From an uncultured Planctomycetota bacterium (GTDB lineage: Bacteria > Planctomycetota > PLA2 > JAEUHO01): 64,000 nt of DNA. The DNA is taken from positions 111,421 through 175,420 of the forward strand of contig CAWDIE010000009.1 in the NCBI GenBank assembly GCA_963802335.1, written 5' to 3'. Below, one piece after another: positions 29,847-40,353 of this stretch. Below the pieces are notes generated by a model. It made no database searches, had not been told where the DNA came from, and saw only the letters and a program-made list of their open reading frames with translations. Position 1 is the stretch's first letter. Each line of letters opens with the position of its first letter. Both the position numbers and the translations under genes were made by a program.

Positions 29847-31696
29847 GGCGTGCCTGGTGCCTGTGGCCTCTGCTGGTGCTCGCCGTGCTGGCGGCCTGGC
29901 TCGTTCCGGGTACGGAGGGGAGGCCCGAGGGCCCGGCCAAGGCCGCCGGGCCTTCGCTCCCCTGGGCGCTCGAGGCCTCGGCCGACGGCCGCCGGGTGTT
30001 CGCCGCCTGCGAGGACGCGCGACGGGTCCTGGTGCTGGACACCCAGCGGGAGGCCGTGGCGTCGATCCCGCTCGACGGAGGCCCGCGCCGGCTCGCGCTC
30101 TCGCCCGACGGCGCGACCCTGGCGGTGAGCCTCGGACGCGAGAACAAGATCGCGCTGGTGGACGTGGCCTCTCGCCGGGTGCGCCGGACGCTCGCCTGCC
30201 CGCTGGCGCCGGAGGGACTGGCCTTCGATGCGGACGCGACGCGTCTCTTCGTCGCCCGGCGCCTGGGCCGGGACGTCGCGGTACTCGACATCCCTTCCGG
30301 CCGCATGGTGAAGACACTGCCCGCGGGGGAAGAGCCCTTCGCGCTCGAGCCCACCGCAACGCGCGACGCCGTCATCGTCGTCAGCCGGCGCGCGGAGCGA
30401 GCCCGACCCGACGCCGCGCCCTACGCCGTCGTGACCGTCATCGACACGGCTCGGCTCGAGGTGCGCCATCGCGTGCGCCTGCCGTCGGTCCACATGGCCG
30501 AGAGCCTCGCCGTGACGCCGGACGGCTCGCGTGCCCTCATCCCCGCGATCCGGGTGCGCAACCTCCTGCCCATCGTGCAGGTCGCCCGCGGGTGGGTGCT
30601 CTCCGGCGTGATGGGCATCGTCGACCTCGAGCGCGGCGTGGCGTCCGTGCTGCCGCTGAACGAGAGCGATCGGGGGTTCGCCGACCCGACGGCGATCGCG
30701 CTTTCGCGGGACGGCACGACGGCGTGGGTGGCGTCGGGCAGCGCCGACACGGTGGCCCGAATCGACGTCCCCGCCCTCCTCGCCGTCGAGGTGGAGGGAC
30801 GAGACGGCACGAGCGAGAACTTCGGTCTCACGCCCCGGTACTTGCAAGCGCACACGGCCGTCGGTCGCTACCCCTGCGGACTCGTGCGCACGGAGCGCGG
30901 CGTCGCCGTCGCCGAGCGGCTCCAGGGGCGCATCACCCTTCTGCCCGACGCGGGGGCCGCGTCCCGGCTCTTCACGGGAGGCGGCGCGCAGGCCGATCCC
31001 GAGCTGCTCGCCGGCGAGCGTGCGTTTCACGACGCGTCGTTCTGCTTCCAGGACGCGTTCTCCTGTCGGAGCTGCCACCCGGAAGCGCATACCGACGGGC
31101 TCACCTACGACTTCGAGATCGACGGGGTCGGCCGCCACGTGGTCTTGAACCGTAGCCTCCGTGGTCTCGCGGGGACCGCGCCCTACAAGTGGACCGGCAT
31201 CAACCCCAGCCTGCAGCGTCAGTGCGGAGCGCGGTTCGCCATGGTGCTCACGCGCGCCGCCGTCATGCCGCCCGCGACCCTGGACGCCATGGCCGCGTGG
31301 CTCGAGTCGCTGCCGCCACCACGCGCTCTCGTCGATTCCGAGGGAGCCGAAGCCGACCTGGTTGCAAGGGGCCGCGCCATCTTCGAGCGGAGCCGCCGCA
31401 AGGACGGACGACGCCTCAGACCGTCGGAGCGCTGCATCACCTGTCATCCACCGCCGCACTACACCAATAGGCAGCGCACCGACGTGGGGAGCTACGCGCC
31501 GGGGGACCCGGTGCGGGCGTTCGACGTGCCGCACCTCACGGGCGTGGGGCAGAAGGCGCCGTACCTTCACGACGGCCGCGCGACGACGCTCGACGCCATC
31601 TTCGAGGAGGCAGGCCTCGGCGACCGACACGGTGTCGTGTCCGATCTCGATGAGGCGGATCGGCGCGCCCTCGTGGCGTTCCTGCGTTCCCTCTAG
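29843..31696 (+). CDS. YVTN beta-propeller fused to di-haem cytochrome c peroxidase (MauG/CCP family)
   Basis: Signal peptide. Lactonase/YVTN-type repeats. C-terminal CRSCHPEAH, CITCHPPPH and VGQKAPYLHDGRATTL match the di-haem CCP fold. A 4-bp ATGA overlap joins it to the upstream gene. Confidence 0.8.
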   Translation: MRRAWCLWPLLVLAVLAAWLVPGTEGRPEGPAKAAGPSLPWALEASADGRRVFAACEDARRVLVLDTQREAVASIPLDGGPRRLALSPDGATLAVSLGRENKIALVDVASRRVRRTLACPLAPEGLAFDADATRLFVARRLGRDVAVLDIPSGRMVKTLPAGEEPFALEPTATRDAVIVVSRRAERARPDAAPYAVVTVIDTARLEVRHRVRLPSVHMAESLAVTPDGSRALIPAIRVRNLLPIVQVARGWVLSGVMGIVDLERGVASVLPLNESDRGFADPTAIALSRDGTTAWVASGSADTVARIDVPALLAVEVEGRDGTSENFGLTPRYLQAHTAVGRYPCGLVRTERGVAVAERLQGRITLLPDAGAASRLFTGGGAQADPELLAGERAFHDASFCFQDAFSCRSCHPEAHTDGLTYDFEIDGVGRHVVLNRSLRGLAGTAPYKWTGINPSLQRQCGARFAMVLTRAAVMPPATLDAMAAWLESLPPPRALVDSEGAEADLVARGRAIFERSRRKDGRRLRPSERCITCHPPPHYTNRQRTDVGSYAPGDPVRAFDVPHLTGVGQKAPYLHDGRATTLDAIFEEAGLGDRHGVVSDLDEADRRALVAFLRSL

Positions 31697-31713
31697 GAAC
31701 CACGGGAGGAGCG

Positions 31714-32658
31714 ATGTCCGACGGCGCGAGAAGACGGCCCCCTGAAGCCCGCACGCGTGTCGCGTTCGGCCTGCTGGTCGCAGCGGCGGCGCTGGTGGGG
31801 CCCGTCTACGCGCTGCTGATCGGCGACGCCCGTCCCTTCCTGCCTTCGCTCATCCTGGGCGTTGTCGTCGTCCTCTCGGCCATCGCTACCCGCTCGCCGG
31901 GGCCGCGCGCGCGCGTCGTGCTCGCGCTGGCGCTGGCGGCCTGCGTCCCCGTCCACTACGCCGCGACCGGCGCGCTCCTTCGCGGGCTCCAGCCCGCGCT
32001 CGTCGATCCTCGCCTCTGGGCCGCGGACGGCGTGCTCCTCGGTTGGCTCTTCCCCGAGGGGCAGTTCTCGCTCTGGATGGACCGGTCGTCGTGGATGGGC
32101 CCCCTCACGCCGCTCGGGCGCATCCTCACCGAGCTCTTCCAGCTCAGCTACTTCAGCTACTACGTCTGGGGCTACGGGCTGCTCTTCCTGCTGCTTGCCC
32201 GCTACGTCGGGTCCCGGACCCGGGCGGCGTGGACCGACGTCCGCATGTTCCTCGCCGCGTGGGTCGGCGCGTACCTCGTGAACTACATCGGCTACGTGTT
32301 CGTGCCCGCCATGGGGCCCGTGTGGGAGTTTGCCGACCGCTTCGAGCATCCGCTCGTGGGCCTCGTCCTGACGCAGCCGATTCGCGCGTTGATTGCCGCC
32401 AACCAGGTCACGCCCGACTGTTTCCCCAGCGGCCACACGGCGCTGTCCTGGATCACGGCGATCGTGGCGCTTCGCTTCGCGCCCCGCTACGGACGGTGGG
32501 CCCTGGTTGCCGCGGTGCTCATCACGCTCTCGACGCTGGGCCTGCGTTACCACTACGTGGTCGACCTCCTGGCCGCGATCCCGCTAGTTCTCGTCGGGCT
32601 CTTCTGGGGTGGGTTCCTTCGCCGGCGAGTTCGAGGCGGGACCGATCCCCTGAAGTAG
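31714..32658 (+). CDS. PAP2 superfamily membrane phosphatase
   Basis: Multi-TM protein with PAP2 motifs PSGHTA and RYHYVVD. Confidence 0.75.
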   Translation: MSDGARRRPPEARTRVAFGLLVAAAALVGPVYALLIGDARPFLPSLILGVVVVLSAIATRSPGPRARVVLALALAACVPVHYAATGALLRGLQPALVDPRLWAADGVLLGWLFPEGQFSLWMDRSSWMGPLTPLGRILTELFQLSYFSYYVWGYGLLFLLLARYVGSRTRAAWTDVRMFLAAWVGAYLVNYIGYVFVPAMGPVWEFADRFEHPLVGLVLTQPIRALIAANQVTPDCFPSGHTALSWITAIVALRFAPRYGRWALVAAVLITLSTLGLRYHYVVDLLAAIPLVLVGLFWGGFLRRRVRGGTDPLK

Positions 32659-34570
32659 CTCCTCCCGGACGAAGCGCGTCCACGCGCTCTCGAGCTCCTT
32701 CCATCCTTCGTCGGTGGGCGAGGCGATGAGTCCGAACGCGCGCGCGAAGGCCACTTCGTTCAGGCCGCCGACCCCGATCTGCCGGTCGAGACCGGCCCGC
32801 ACGGCCCCCAGGTAGGCGTCGCGCCACCGTCCGTTCTCCGCCTCCATCAGGAAGGTCGCGAGCGCCCAGGACTGGTCGAAGAGGGTCCGGACGCGCAGCC
32901 CGGGTGGCATGCCTCGGAAGGGCGCGAGCCGGTCCATCGCGCGCTCTGCCTCCACCACGGATCCGAACGCGACCAGCTGGCGGAGAGGGAGAAGCGGGTA
33001 GGCACGGCCCTGGTGCGCGAGCGCCCGCGCGAGGGCTCGCATCGACGCGGGGTGCGGGGAACCGTCCCGGGGGAACGATGATTGGCCCTCGCTGTCCCGC
33101 TCCATGGCGGCGAATCGTCGGGCGAAGCCATCGACGAACGCCGCGAAGGCGCGTCGCGACGCGCCCCAGCGATTGCGCTGGCGCGTGAACGTGAGGAGCA
33201 GCTGCTTCGCACCCATGACGGCCGTCGCCTCGAGGTTTTCCTCGGGCGCCAGAAGGAGCCGCTCCGTCCGCGCGCTCGAAAGCGCCGGGAGGCCTCCAAC
33301 CCCACGCAGGCCACGGGCGCCTTCGGCGTCCAGGGCCGCGGCGATCGCTTCGGTGGCCGGGACCAGCGCCACCAGCACCACCCCATCGGGGAAGCTCCGG
33401 TAGGTGACGGGGAGATCCTGCCGTCCGCCGTAGGGGGCGGTGAGATCGGCGAGGCCCAGGGCGTCCCCGTAGCCGGCGAGGAGAGTCTGGTAGACCGCCT
33501 CGAGGGTCTCGCCTTCGCGCCCAAGGCGCGCGGCGACGTCCTCCCGTCGTCCCGGGCCTACGTGGACCAGGACGTAGGGCGGGGCCGAGAGCGCCACGAG
33601 GGTCTGGCTCTCGAAGGCCGGGTCGTGCGCGAGGTTCGCGAGCATCTGATCCGCTGCCCGGTAGCGGTGATCGCTCTCGAGCTGCCCGATGTGCTGCTTC
33701 GCGCGCTCCCAGGCCCGGCCCGCCTCGGCGTACGCCGCGCGCTCGTCGGGCCCGAACCAGCGCTGGGCGTTCGCTTTCTCGACCGTTCTCAGAAACTCGT
33801 GCCCGCGGTAGTGAAGCGCCTCGGGGAGGGGATGGTGGAAGCGACGCCAGCCCACGAGCGCCAGCACCTCTTCACCTCCCGTGCCTGCGGCCGCGATGAG
33901 CTCGTCCAGGGCAGCCAGCGCGTCGTCCACGTCGGCCTCGCGGCCGAGCGCCTTGACCAGCTCGTCGAGCTCCGCGCGCGTTCGCGGGACGTGGGTCATG
34001 AACGCGCGGAGAAGGTCCATGGCCTCGACGTCGATCGGGGCCGGCTCTCCATCGTCGGCCTCCGTCGCCTCCGCCGCGTGCAGCGAGCCGGCGATCTCCA
34101 CCATCAACGCGCGCCGCGCGGGGAAGACGTCGGCCGCCAGGTCGAAGCGCAGGGTGACGTCGCTTCGCACGACCAGGAGGCTGCGACGGGGACCGGACGC
34201 GCCCTCGTAGGCAAGCAGGGTCCACAGGGCCGGCCGCTCGCCGACCGTCCGCTCGGCCTCATCCTCGATGGTCGCATCAATGCCCGGCCAGTCGAAGAGC
34301 GCATGCACGACGTCATCCCGGATGTCCTCCAGCGAGGCCTCCGCGGCGTCCGCGGTCGCGGACGCCGTGAGCCGGACGACGGGCGCGTCGTGGCTCCGTC
34401 GCCTTCAAGCGCCCCTCGAGCTCGTCGACGAGCACGGTCCACGCCGCGGGGAGTCGGATCGTAAGACCACCTCGACCGATCGCGTGGGTGCGCCAGTCCT
34501 CCTCGGCCTGGACGGGGGCCACGGAGCCCAGAAGGACGATCGAAAGAACGACCGCAGCGATCATCCGCAT
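32584..34570 (-). CDS. secreted hypothetical protein (frameshift near 34395)
   Basis: Signal peptide MRMIAAVVLSIVLLGSVAPVQA lies in the frame of ORF 34313..35137. The body lies in the frame of ORF 32584..34308. The junction ...LKATE|HDAPVVRLTASATADAAEASLEDIRDDVVHALFDW reads through if one base is corrected. Confidence 0.55.
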
Positions 34571-34608
34571 GGCAGATCCTCCACCACCATCCAGACACCC
34601 CCCCGCCC

Positions 34609-34645
34609 GAAAAGTTCCATACGGAGGCAGCCTCGTAAACGAACT
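34609..34645. repeat. ~37-bp intergenic repeat element, copy 2
   Basis: See copy 1. It lies between the start of the secreted protein (32584..34570) and the microsatellite. Confidence 0.7.
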
Positions 34646-34694
34646 TTTTGCCGCTGCGTTCCGCGTCGAGGCCACCCCACGGACGAACGGTCCT

Positions 34695-34770
34695 CGCGAC
34701 GCGACGCGACGCGACGCGACGCATGCGACGCATGTGATGCGATGCGAGGCGATGCGACGCGATACGACGC
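34695..34770. repeat. (GCGAC)n pentanucleotide microsatellite, 5 perfect units then degenerate GATGC/GACGC units
   Basis: The sequence gcgacgcgacgcgacgcgacgcgac gcatgcgacgcatgtgatgcgatgcgaggcgatgcgacgcgatacgacgcg was read directly. It is intergenic. Confidence 0.85.
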
Positions 34771-34833
34771 GGGAGGCCGTCCCGGTCTTGCCTTCTGTCG
34801 CCCGTTGCGTGCGCTGGCGTTGGGGTGGGGGCG

Positions 34834-36177
34834 CTAGTTGCCGCTGAACTGGATATCCGAGAAGACCAGGGTGGGGACCCGAACCGTGTACCACGGCACC
34901 GGATCGTTGCCGACCTCGACCAGCTGCTGCATCAGGTCGGGGTAGCTCCCGGTGACGTTCATCTCCGAGATGGGCTCCGCGATCCGGCCGTCGCGCACGA
35001 CGTGTCCGCGCACGCCGAACGAGAAGTCCCCCGTCGTCATGTTGGCGTTGCCGCCGAGCCAGGACGTCACGAGGATGGCGTTCGCCGGCCGCCCGGGCGA
35101 GACCGTCCAGGTCCTTGTCGCCGGGGCGGATCACCACGTTGGAGGCGGAGCCGGTCGTGGCGGCCCATCCCAGCTTGCGCCCGTAGTAGGTGTCGACGTA
35201 GTGGTTCTCCAGGACGCCGTCGCGAATGAGCGTGCAGCGGCTTCGCGGCGATGCCCTCGCGGTCGAAGGTGCGCGAACCCAGCGCGCGCGGGATCAGCGG
35301 GTCGTCCATGACGTCGAGGACCTTCGAGGCGATGGCTTCGCCCTGCTTGCCCGCGAGGAACGACTGGCCCTGCTGGATCGGACCCGCCGCGAGGGCGCCG
35401 AGCATGCGGCCCAGCAACATCGCCGCGGCTTCCGGGTGGACGATCATGGTCGTGCGCACGCTGTCGCCACGCGTCGAGCCGAGCCGTTCCACGGCGCGCT
35501 TGAGCGCTTCCGTCCCGACGGCCACCGGTGTGGGTAGACCCTCCTGGTGCGTGCCGGCGACGAACCACGCGGCCTCGGGCCGCTTCGTCTCGCCTTCCCG
35601 CAGCGTGACCATCGTGCCGTACGCGATCGAGGTGTTCTCCACCGTGCCCGCGAAGCCGTTCGTGCTGGCCCGGGCGAGCACGATGTGGTCGTCCTGGACC
35701 GTGGTGGTTGCCGAGACCACCCGCTCGTCGGCCGAGGCCGCTTCGCACATGGCCTCGCACCACGCGATGCGCTCCTTCCGTGTGAGGTCGGGCAGCGTGG
35801 TGTCGACGAGGTCGAGGTCGTCCTTCGACCGACCTTCGTACAGGGCCGGGTCGGGAATCGCCCGGTGGGGGTCCGGCTGGAGGTGCCGCGTCAGCGCGAT
35901 GGCGTCCGCCAGGAAGGTCTTCAGGCGCTCGGGCTCCAGGTCGTGCGTCGTGTGCGAGCTATAGCGGCCATCGACGTACAACGAGATGGCCAGGCTGCGG
36001 CTCGCGTCCTCCTGGACCTTCTCGAGCTGCCCGTCGCGCCACTGGAACTCGAGTCCGCGCTGGCGCACGACGGTCGCGAAGGCATCCTCGGCGCCCAGAG
36101 ACTTCGCCGCGTCGACGGACTGGATGGCCTGGTTCAGCAGCTGGTCGGCCGTTACGGGGCGGGGGTCTGGCGACATC
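34834..36177 (-). CDS. pmbA: metalloprotease PmbA/TldE (at least two frameshifts)
   Basis: Start MSPDPRPVTADQLL overlaps the tldD stop (TGATG). The middle ...FDREGIAAKPL then shifts at ~35232 to TLIRDGVLENHYVDTYYGRKLGW..NVVIRPGDKDLDGL. It shifts again at ~35090 to VTSWLGGNANMTTGDFSFGVRGHVVRDGRIAEP. Confidence 0.75.
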
Positions 36178-37626
36178 AGGCATTCTCGCCTCCTACGGTC
36201 AGGCGCGACACGAGGGCCGTCGGCATGCCTTGGGAGACCGGCACGCCCTGCCCGTTCTTGCCGCAGGTCCAGCCGCCCGTGTCGAGCTTCATGTCGTCGG
36301 CGACCATGGTGATGTTCTTCAGCGCCTCGGGACCGTTCCCGATGATGTTCACGTCCTTGATGGGCGCGGTGATCTTGCCGTTCTCGATGAGCCAACCGTT
36401 CTTGATGTAGAAGGTGAAGTCGCCCGCGCCGATCTGGACCTGGCCGTTCGTGAACGTCTCCGCGACGATGCCTCGGTCCACGGACGCGATGATCTCTTCC
36501 CGGGTGTGCGGGCCGCTGCGCATGTACGTGCAGCGCATGCGCGGCATGGGCGCGTGGCGGAACGACTCCCGTCGTCCCGAGCCCGTCGACGTTCACGCCG
36601 TAGTGCTTGGCGCTGATGCGGTCGTGGAGGTACGTGCGCATGACGCCCCGATCCACCAGCACCGTCTCCTCGGTCGGGCTTCCCTCGTCATCGATGTTGA
36701 GGGCGCCCCGCTCGTGTTCGTGGAGCGCGCTGTCCACGACGGTCACGCAGTCGGCGGCGACCTTCTGGCCGATCATCGTGGAGTAGATCGACGTGCCCTT
36801 GCGGTTGAAGTCGGCCTCCATCCCGTGGCCGATCGCCTCGTGGAGGAGGATGCCGGAAGCGCCAGCGGCCAGGACCACGGGCATCTCGCCCGCGGGCGGA
36901 CGCCCGGCCTCGAAGAGGATCATCGTCCGGTTGACCGCTTCGCGGCAGACCTGCTGCAGCTCCTCTTCGGTGTAGTGATCGATGCCGCGTCGTCCGGCCA
37001 GGTTGGCCATGTTGCTCTGACGCTGGCCGTCCTTCTCCGCCGCGACCATGCAGACGAGCCGCGACATCGGCCGGCGATCGGTGAACATCACGCCCTCGCT
37101 CGTGGCGATGAGCACGCGCGAGTCCGCGTCCGCCCAGTTGACGGTCACCTTGTTGATCGCCGGGTCCAGCCCGCGCGCGATCTCATCGGTGCGCTGGAGC
37201 AGCGGGAGCTTGCGCTCGACGTTCACCTGGTCCCACGCTTCGGGAATCGTGTAGAGGTCGGCCGTCCCGTGGCTCGTCATGGCCTGGGGCGGCACGCCGC
37301 CGCCGCCGTCTGCAATGGTGGCCGCCGTGCGCGCGGCCTGCAGCATCGAGGTCGAGGTCGAGGTCTTCGCTGTAGGCGTAGCCCGTCTGGTCTCCGACGA
37401 GCACGCGGATGCCCACGCCCCGGTCGGTGCCCGTGAAAGCCCGGCTGATGATGCCGTCCTCCATGGCGATGACGTTGTGGCGGTCGTGCTCGAAGTAGAG
37501 GTCGGCGAAGTCGGCGCCCCGGCCCATGGCTTCGGAGAGGACGCGGAGGATGGATTCCTCGTCCACACCGAAGAAGGCGGCATCGGGCGCGCCGACCGGA
37601 TGGCGGTCGGTGATCGGATTGTGCAT
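36176..37626 (-). CDS. tldD: metalloprotease TldD (two frameshifts)
   Basis: N-terminus MHNPITDRHPVGA...GYAYSEDLDLD lies in frame 0. The middle MLQAARTAA...HEAIGHGMEADFNRKGTS lies in frame 2. C-terminus RMRCTYMRSGPH...GGWTCGKNGQGVPVSQGMPT lies in frame 1. Shifts are at ~37350, inside (GACCTC)3, and at ~36585. Confidence 0.8.
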
Positions 37627-37686
37627 GGGGCTAGGATGCGAGAAGCCCCGGCGGATTTCAGGATTTTCAGGGGCGGGGTGCGCTTG

Positions 37687-40206
37687 CTAGGCCTTCTCCA
37701 GCTTCGCTTCCACCCGCTGCAAGGCCTCCTCCAGCTTCCGTACCTTCGTCCTCAACTCGTCGAGCTCCTTCTCCGCGGCCTTGGCGCGGGCGCCCTGGGC
37801 ACCGCGGATGCGCTCGATCGCGCGATCGACGCCCACCTTCTCCTGGGCCGAGCGTCCGCCCCGGTAGGCCCGCAGCGCCGGGATCGCGCGCGCCTCACCC
37901 AGGGCCGCGAGTCCCGCCATCGCTCCCAGGCGCACGCGGTCGATCTCGTCGCGCAGCAGATCGGCCAGGGCCTCGGCGGTGCGCGCACGGTAGGGCTTCT
38001 CGAGCAGCGCGGCCAGGACGCCGGCCGACGTGGCCGCCGCGGGCCGCGCGCGGTTCGACACCGCGCCCGGTTGCGTGTGCGCCAGGAGAACGTCGAGGGC
38101 CTCATCGCGACGCGTGCCGGCCAGGCCGCGGAGTGCACCCGTGGGCCCCATCCCGTAGGGGTCGTCCTCCTCGACGGCTCGCACCAGGCGATCGAAGGGA
38201 GCGTCGTCCCGCTGCGCGCCGAGGACCTCCAACGCGGCCTGCCGGGCCCGGTAGAGGCTCAGCCCCGCGTCGAGCCGAGCCTGGACGGCATCGCGGATCC
38301 CCGGGTCCCGTAGCGACGCCAGCCCGGCGCAGCAGCGGCTCGAGCACCATCGGGTCCTGTTCCCAGCCGATCAACTCCGCCAGGGCGTCCACGGCCGCCT
38401 GGGTTCGTGCTTCCGCCAGCGCTTCCGCGAATCGGACACGCACGCCCCAGAAGGGCTCGTCTTTCCATGCCTTGGCCACGGCCCTGACGTTCTGCGCGCT
38501 TGCCCGTCTTGCAGAGCTCCTTCGCGGCCAGGATCCGACCGACGACGTCTTCGGCCTCGGTCAGCTGGGTACGGAGCTTGTCGTCTCCGGGGTTGAACTC
38601 GAGGGTCATGACCACCTTGCCGGCCGGGTCCACGCGGATCTGCGCCGGGTCCTTGTCGACCCGGATCACCGCCGACTGTTTCGCGTCCTTCAAGGCGGAT
38701 CTGCTGCGTGTGCAGCGCGCCGTCCACGACCCAGCCGATGTCGAGCGGCAGGTCGAACAGCCCCACGCCGGCCTTCTCGTCGACTTGCTTCTGCTCCACC
38801 GTGACGGTCAACTCGCCCGCCTTGGCGTCGAAGGTGGCGCTCGCCTTGAGCTGCGGATACCCCAGACCGTGGATCCACTGGTCGAAGAACTTGCCCAGCG
38901 AACGGCCGGACGCCCGCTCGAGCTCGCGCCGGAAGTCGGCCGTCTCCACCACCTGGTGGGCGTAGCGCTTCACGTAGGCCTTGACGCCGTCGAAGAACAC
39001 GTCGTCGCCGAGGTCCTTCCGCAGCATGTGGAGCCGCGCCGCACCGCCGGGGTAGAGGTGGCGGTCGTACATCTGCCACGACTGGTTGAAGCGGCGGGTG
39101 ACGATGGGCCGCTTGTATGCGTTGTCGGCCTCCTTGGCGTAGGCGTCGATGTTGGTGTAGACGTCGTAGCGCGCCTCGTCCTCGCCCTTCGAGTCCTCCA
39201 GCCAGAGCGTCTCGATGTAGGTCGCCCAGCTCTCCTTGAGCCAGGCGTGGGCGTAGTCGCGACAGACGATCATGTCGCCGAAGTAGGAGTGCGCCATCTC
39301 GTGCACGTTGACCTGGTCCACGAGCCAGGTCATCTCCTTGGCCATCGTCTCGTCGAGCACGAAGACGTCGTCCCAGGAGACGAGCGAGATGTTCTCCATG
39401 GCGCCGCCGAAGCCGGGAAGCGCGAATTGGTAGTACTTGGGGTAAGGGAACGCGTGGTCGAGCTTCTTCTCCATCCAAGCCATCATGTCGCGCGTGCGCC
39501 CGAACGAACGCTCGAGGTCGGCGGACGCGAAGTGGTTCGTCGTGAAGTACGCCAGCGGGCGCCCCTCGAACTCGCCGTCGTCGAACGACACGAAGTCACC
39601 GATCGCGAAGCACGTGATGTAGGAGGGGCACGGCTGCTCGAGCTTCCAGTGAGCCGTCTTCGTGCCGTCCTCGTGCTTCACTTCCCCCTGTAGCAACCCC
39701 GGCCCGAGGATCGTGAACCGGGCGTCGGCCCGAAGACGCACATCGAGCGTGGGGCGGACATTCGGCAGATCGATCGTCGGCAGCCAGTGTCGCGCGCGCT
39801 CGGTCTCGTGGTCCGTCGCCGCGTAGGTCGCTCGCTCGGGATAGGCGGGGAGGGGCTTGGAGAAGAAGAGACCCGTCGTCGGCTCTTGGACCACGTAGTG
39901 GATGGCCACCTGCCGCTCCTCGCCCGCGGCGAAGGCCTCGTCCCACGTGATCTCGAGCTCTCTCCCGTCGTAGCGGTGCCCGAGGGCGCGCCCGGCCGGG
40001 TCCTCGACCCGAACATCCTCGAAGTCGACGGCGTGAAGCAGCAGCGTGCGCGCCTGGGGCGCGTGGGCGCGGATGGTGTGTGTCACCGTGCCCGCGGCCC
40101 GGGCCTTCTCGACGTCGATTCGGAGGTCGATGTCCAGATGGATCGGCTCGAGCGTGAGGTCGGGCGGGTAGTGGGCCTCGGCGCCCGGAAGCGTGAACTC
40201 TGCCAT
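37687..40206 (-). CDS. pepN: M1-family aminopeptidase N with C-terminal HEAT-repeat domain (about three frameshifts)
   Basis: Start MAEFTLPGAEAHYPPD. GAMEN and HEMAHSYFGD...LKESWATY are the zinc motifs. The C-terminal part is split over ORFs 38259..38693, 38102..38479 and 37687..38232 (HEAT/PBS-lyase-like repeats). The shift at ~38695 is an extra C in cgCCtt. Confidence 0.75.
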
Positions 40207-40353
40207 GTTCCCTCCTTGGTAGGCGGCACGGTACCTTGGCTCGCAGGCATGTTCCCCCGACGCCCACCCGCCCACCCGCCGCCCACGCGATGGACACTCC
40301 CCGCGCCTCGGCGGCGGGTCCGCGGAGCCGTGGACCGGGTCGCCGTCGAAGCG

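Noticed and set aside
28506-31630. Several 450-720-aa minus-strand ORFs (28506..30359, 29026..30375, 29474..31630)
   Set aside because: They are antisense shadows of the beta-propeller and CCP genes. They are Arg/Pro-rich with no motifs.
34695-34770. Possible CRISPR array
   Set aside because: The units are 5 bp with no spacers. It is a microsatellite, not repeat-spacer architecture. No cas genes are present.
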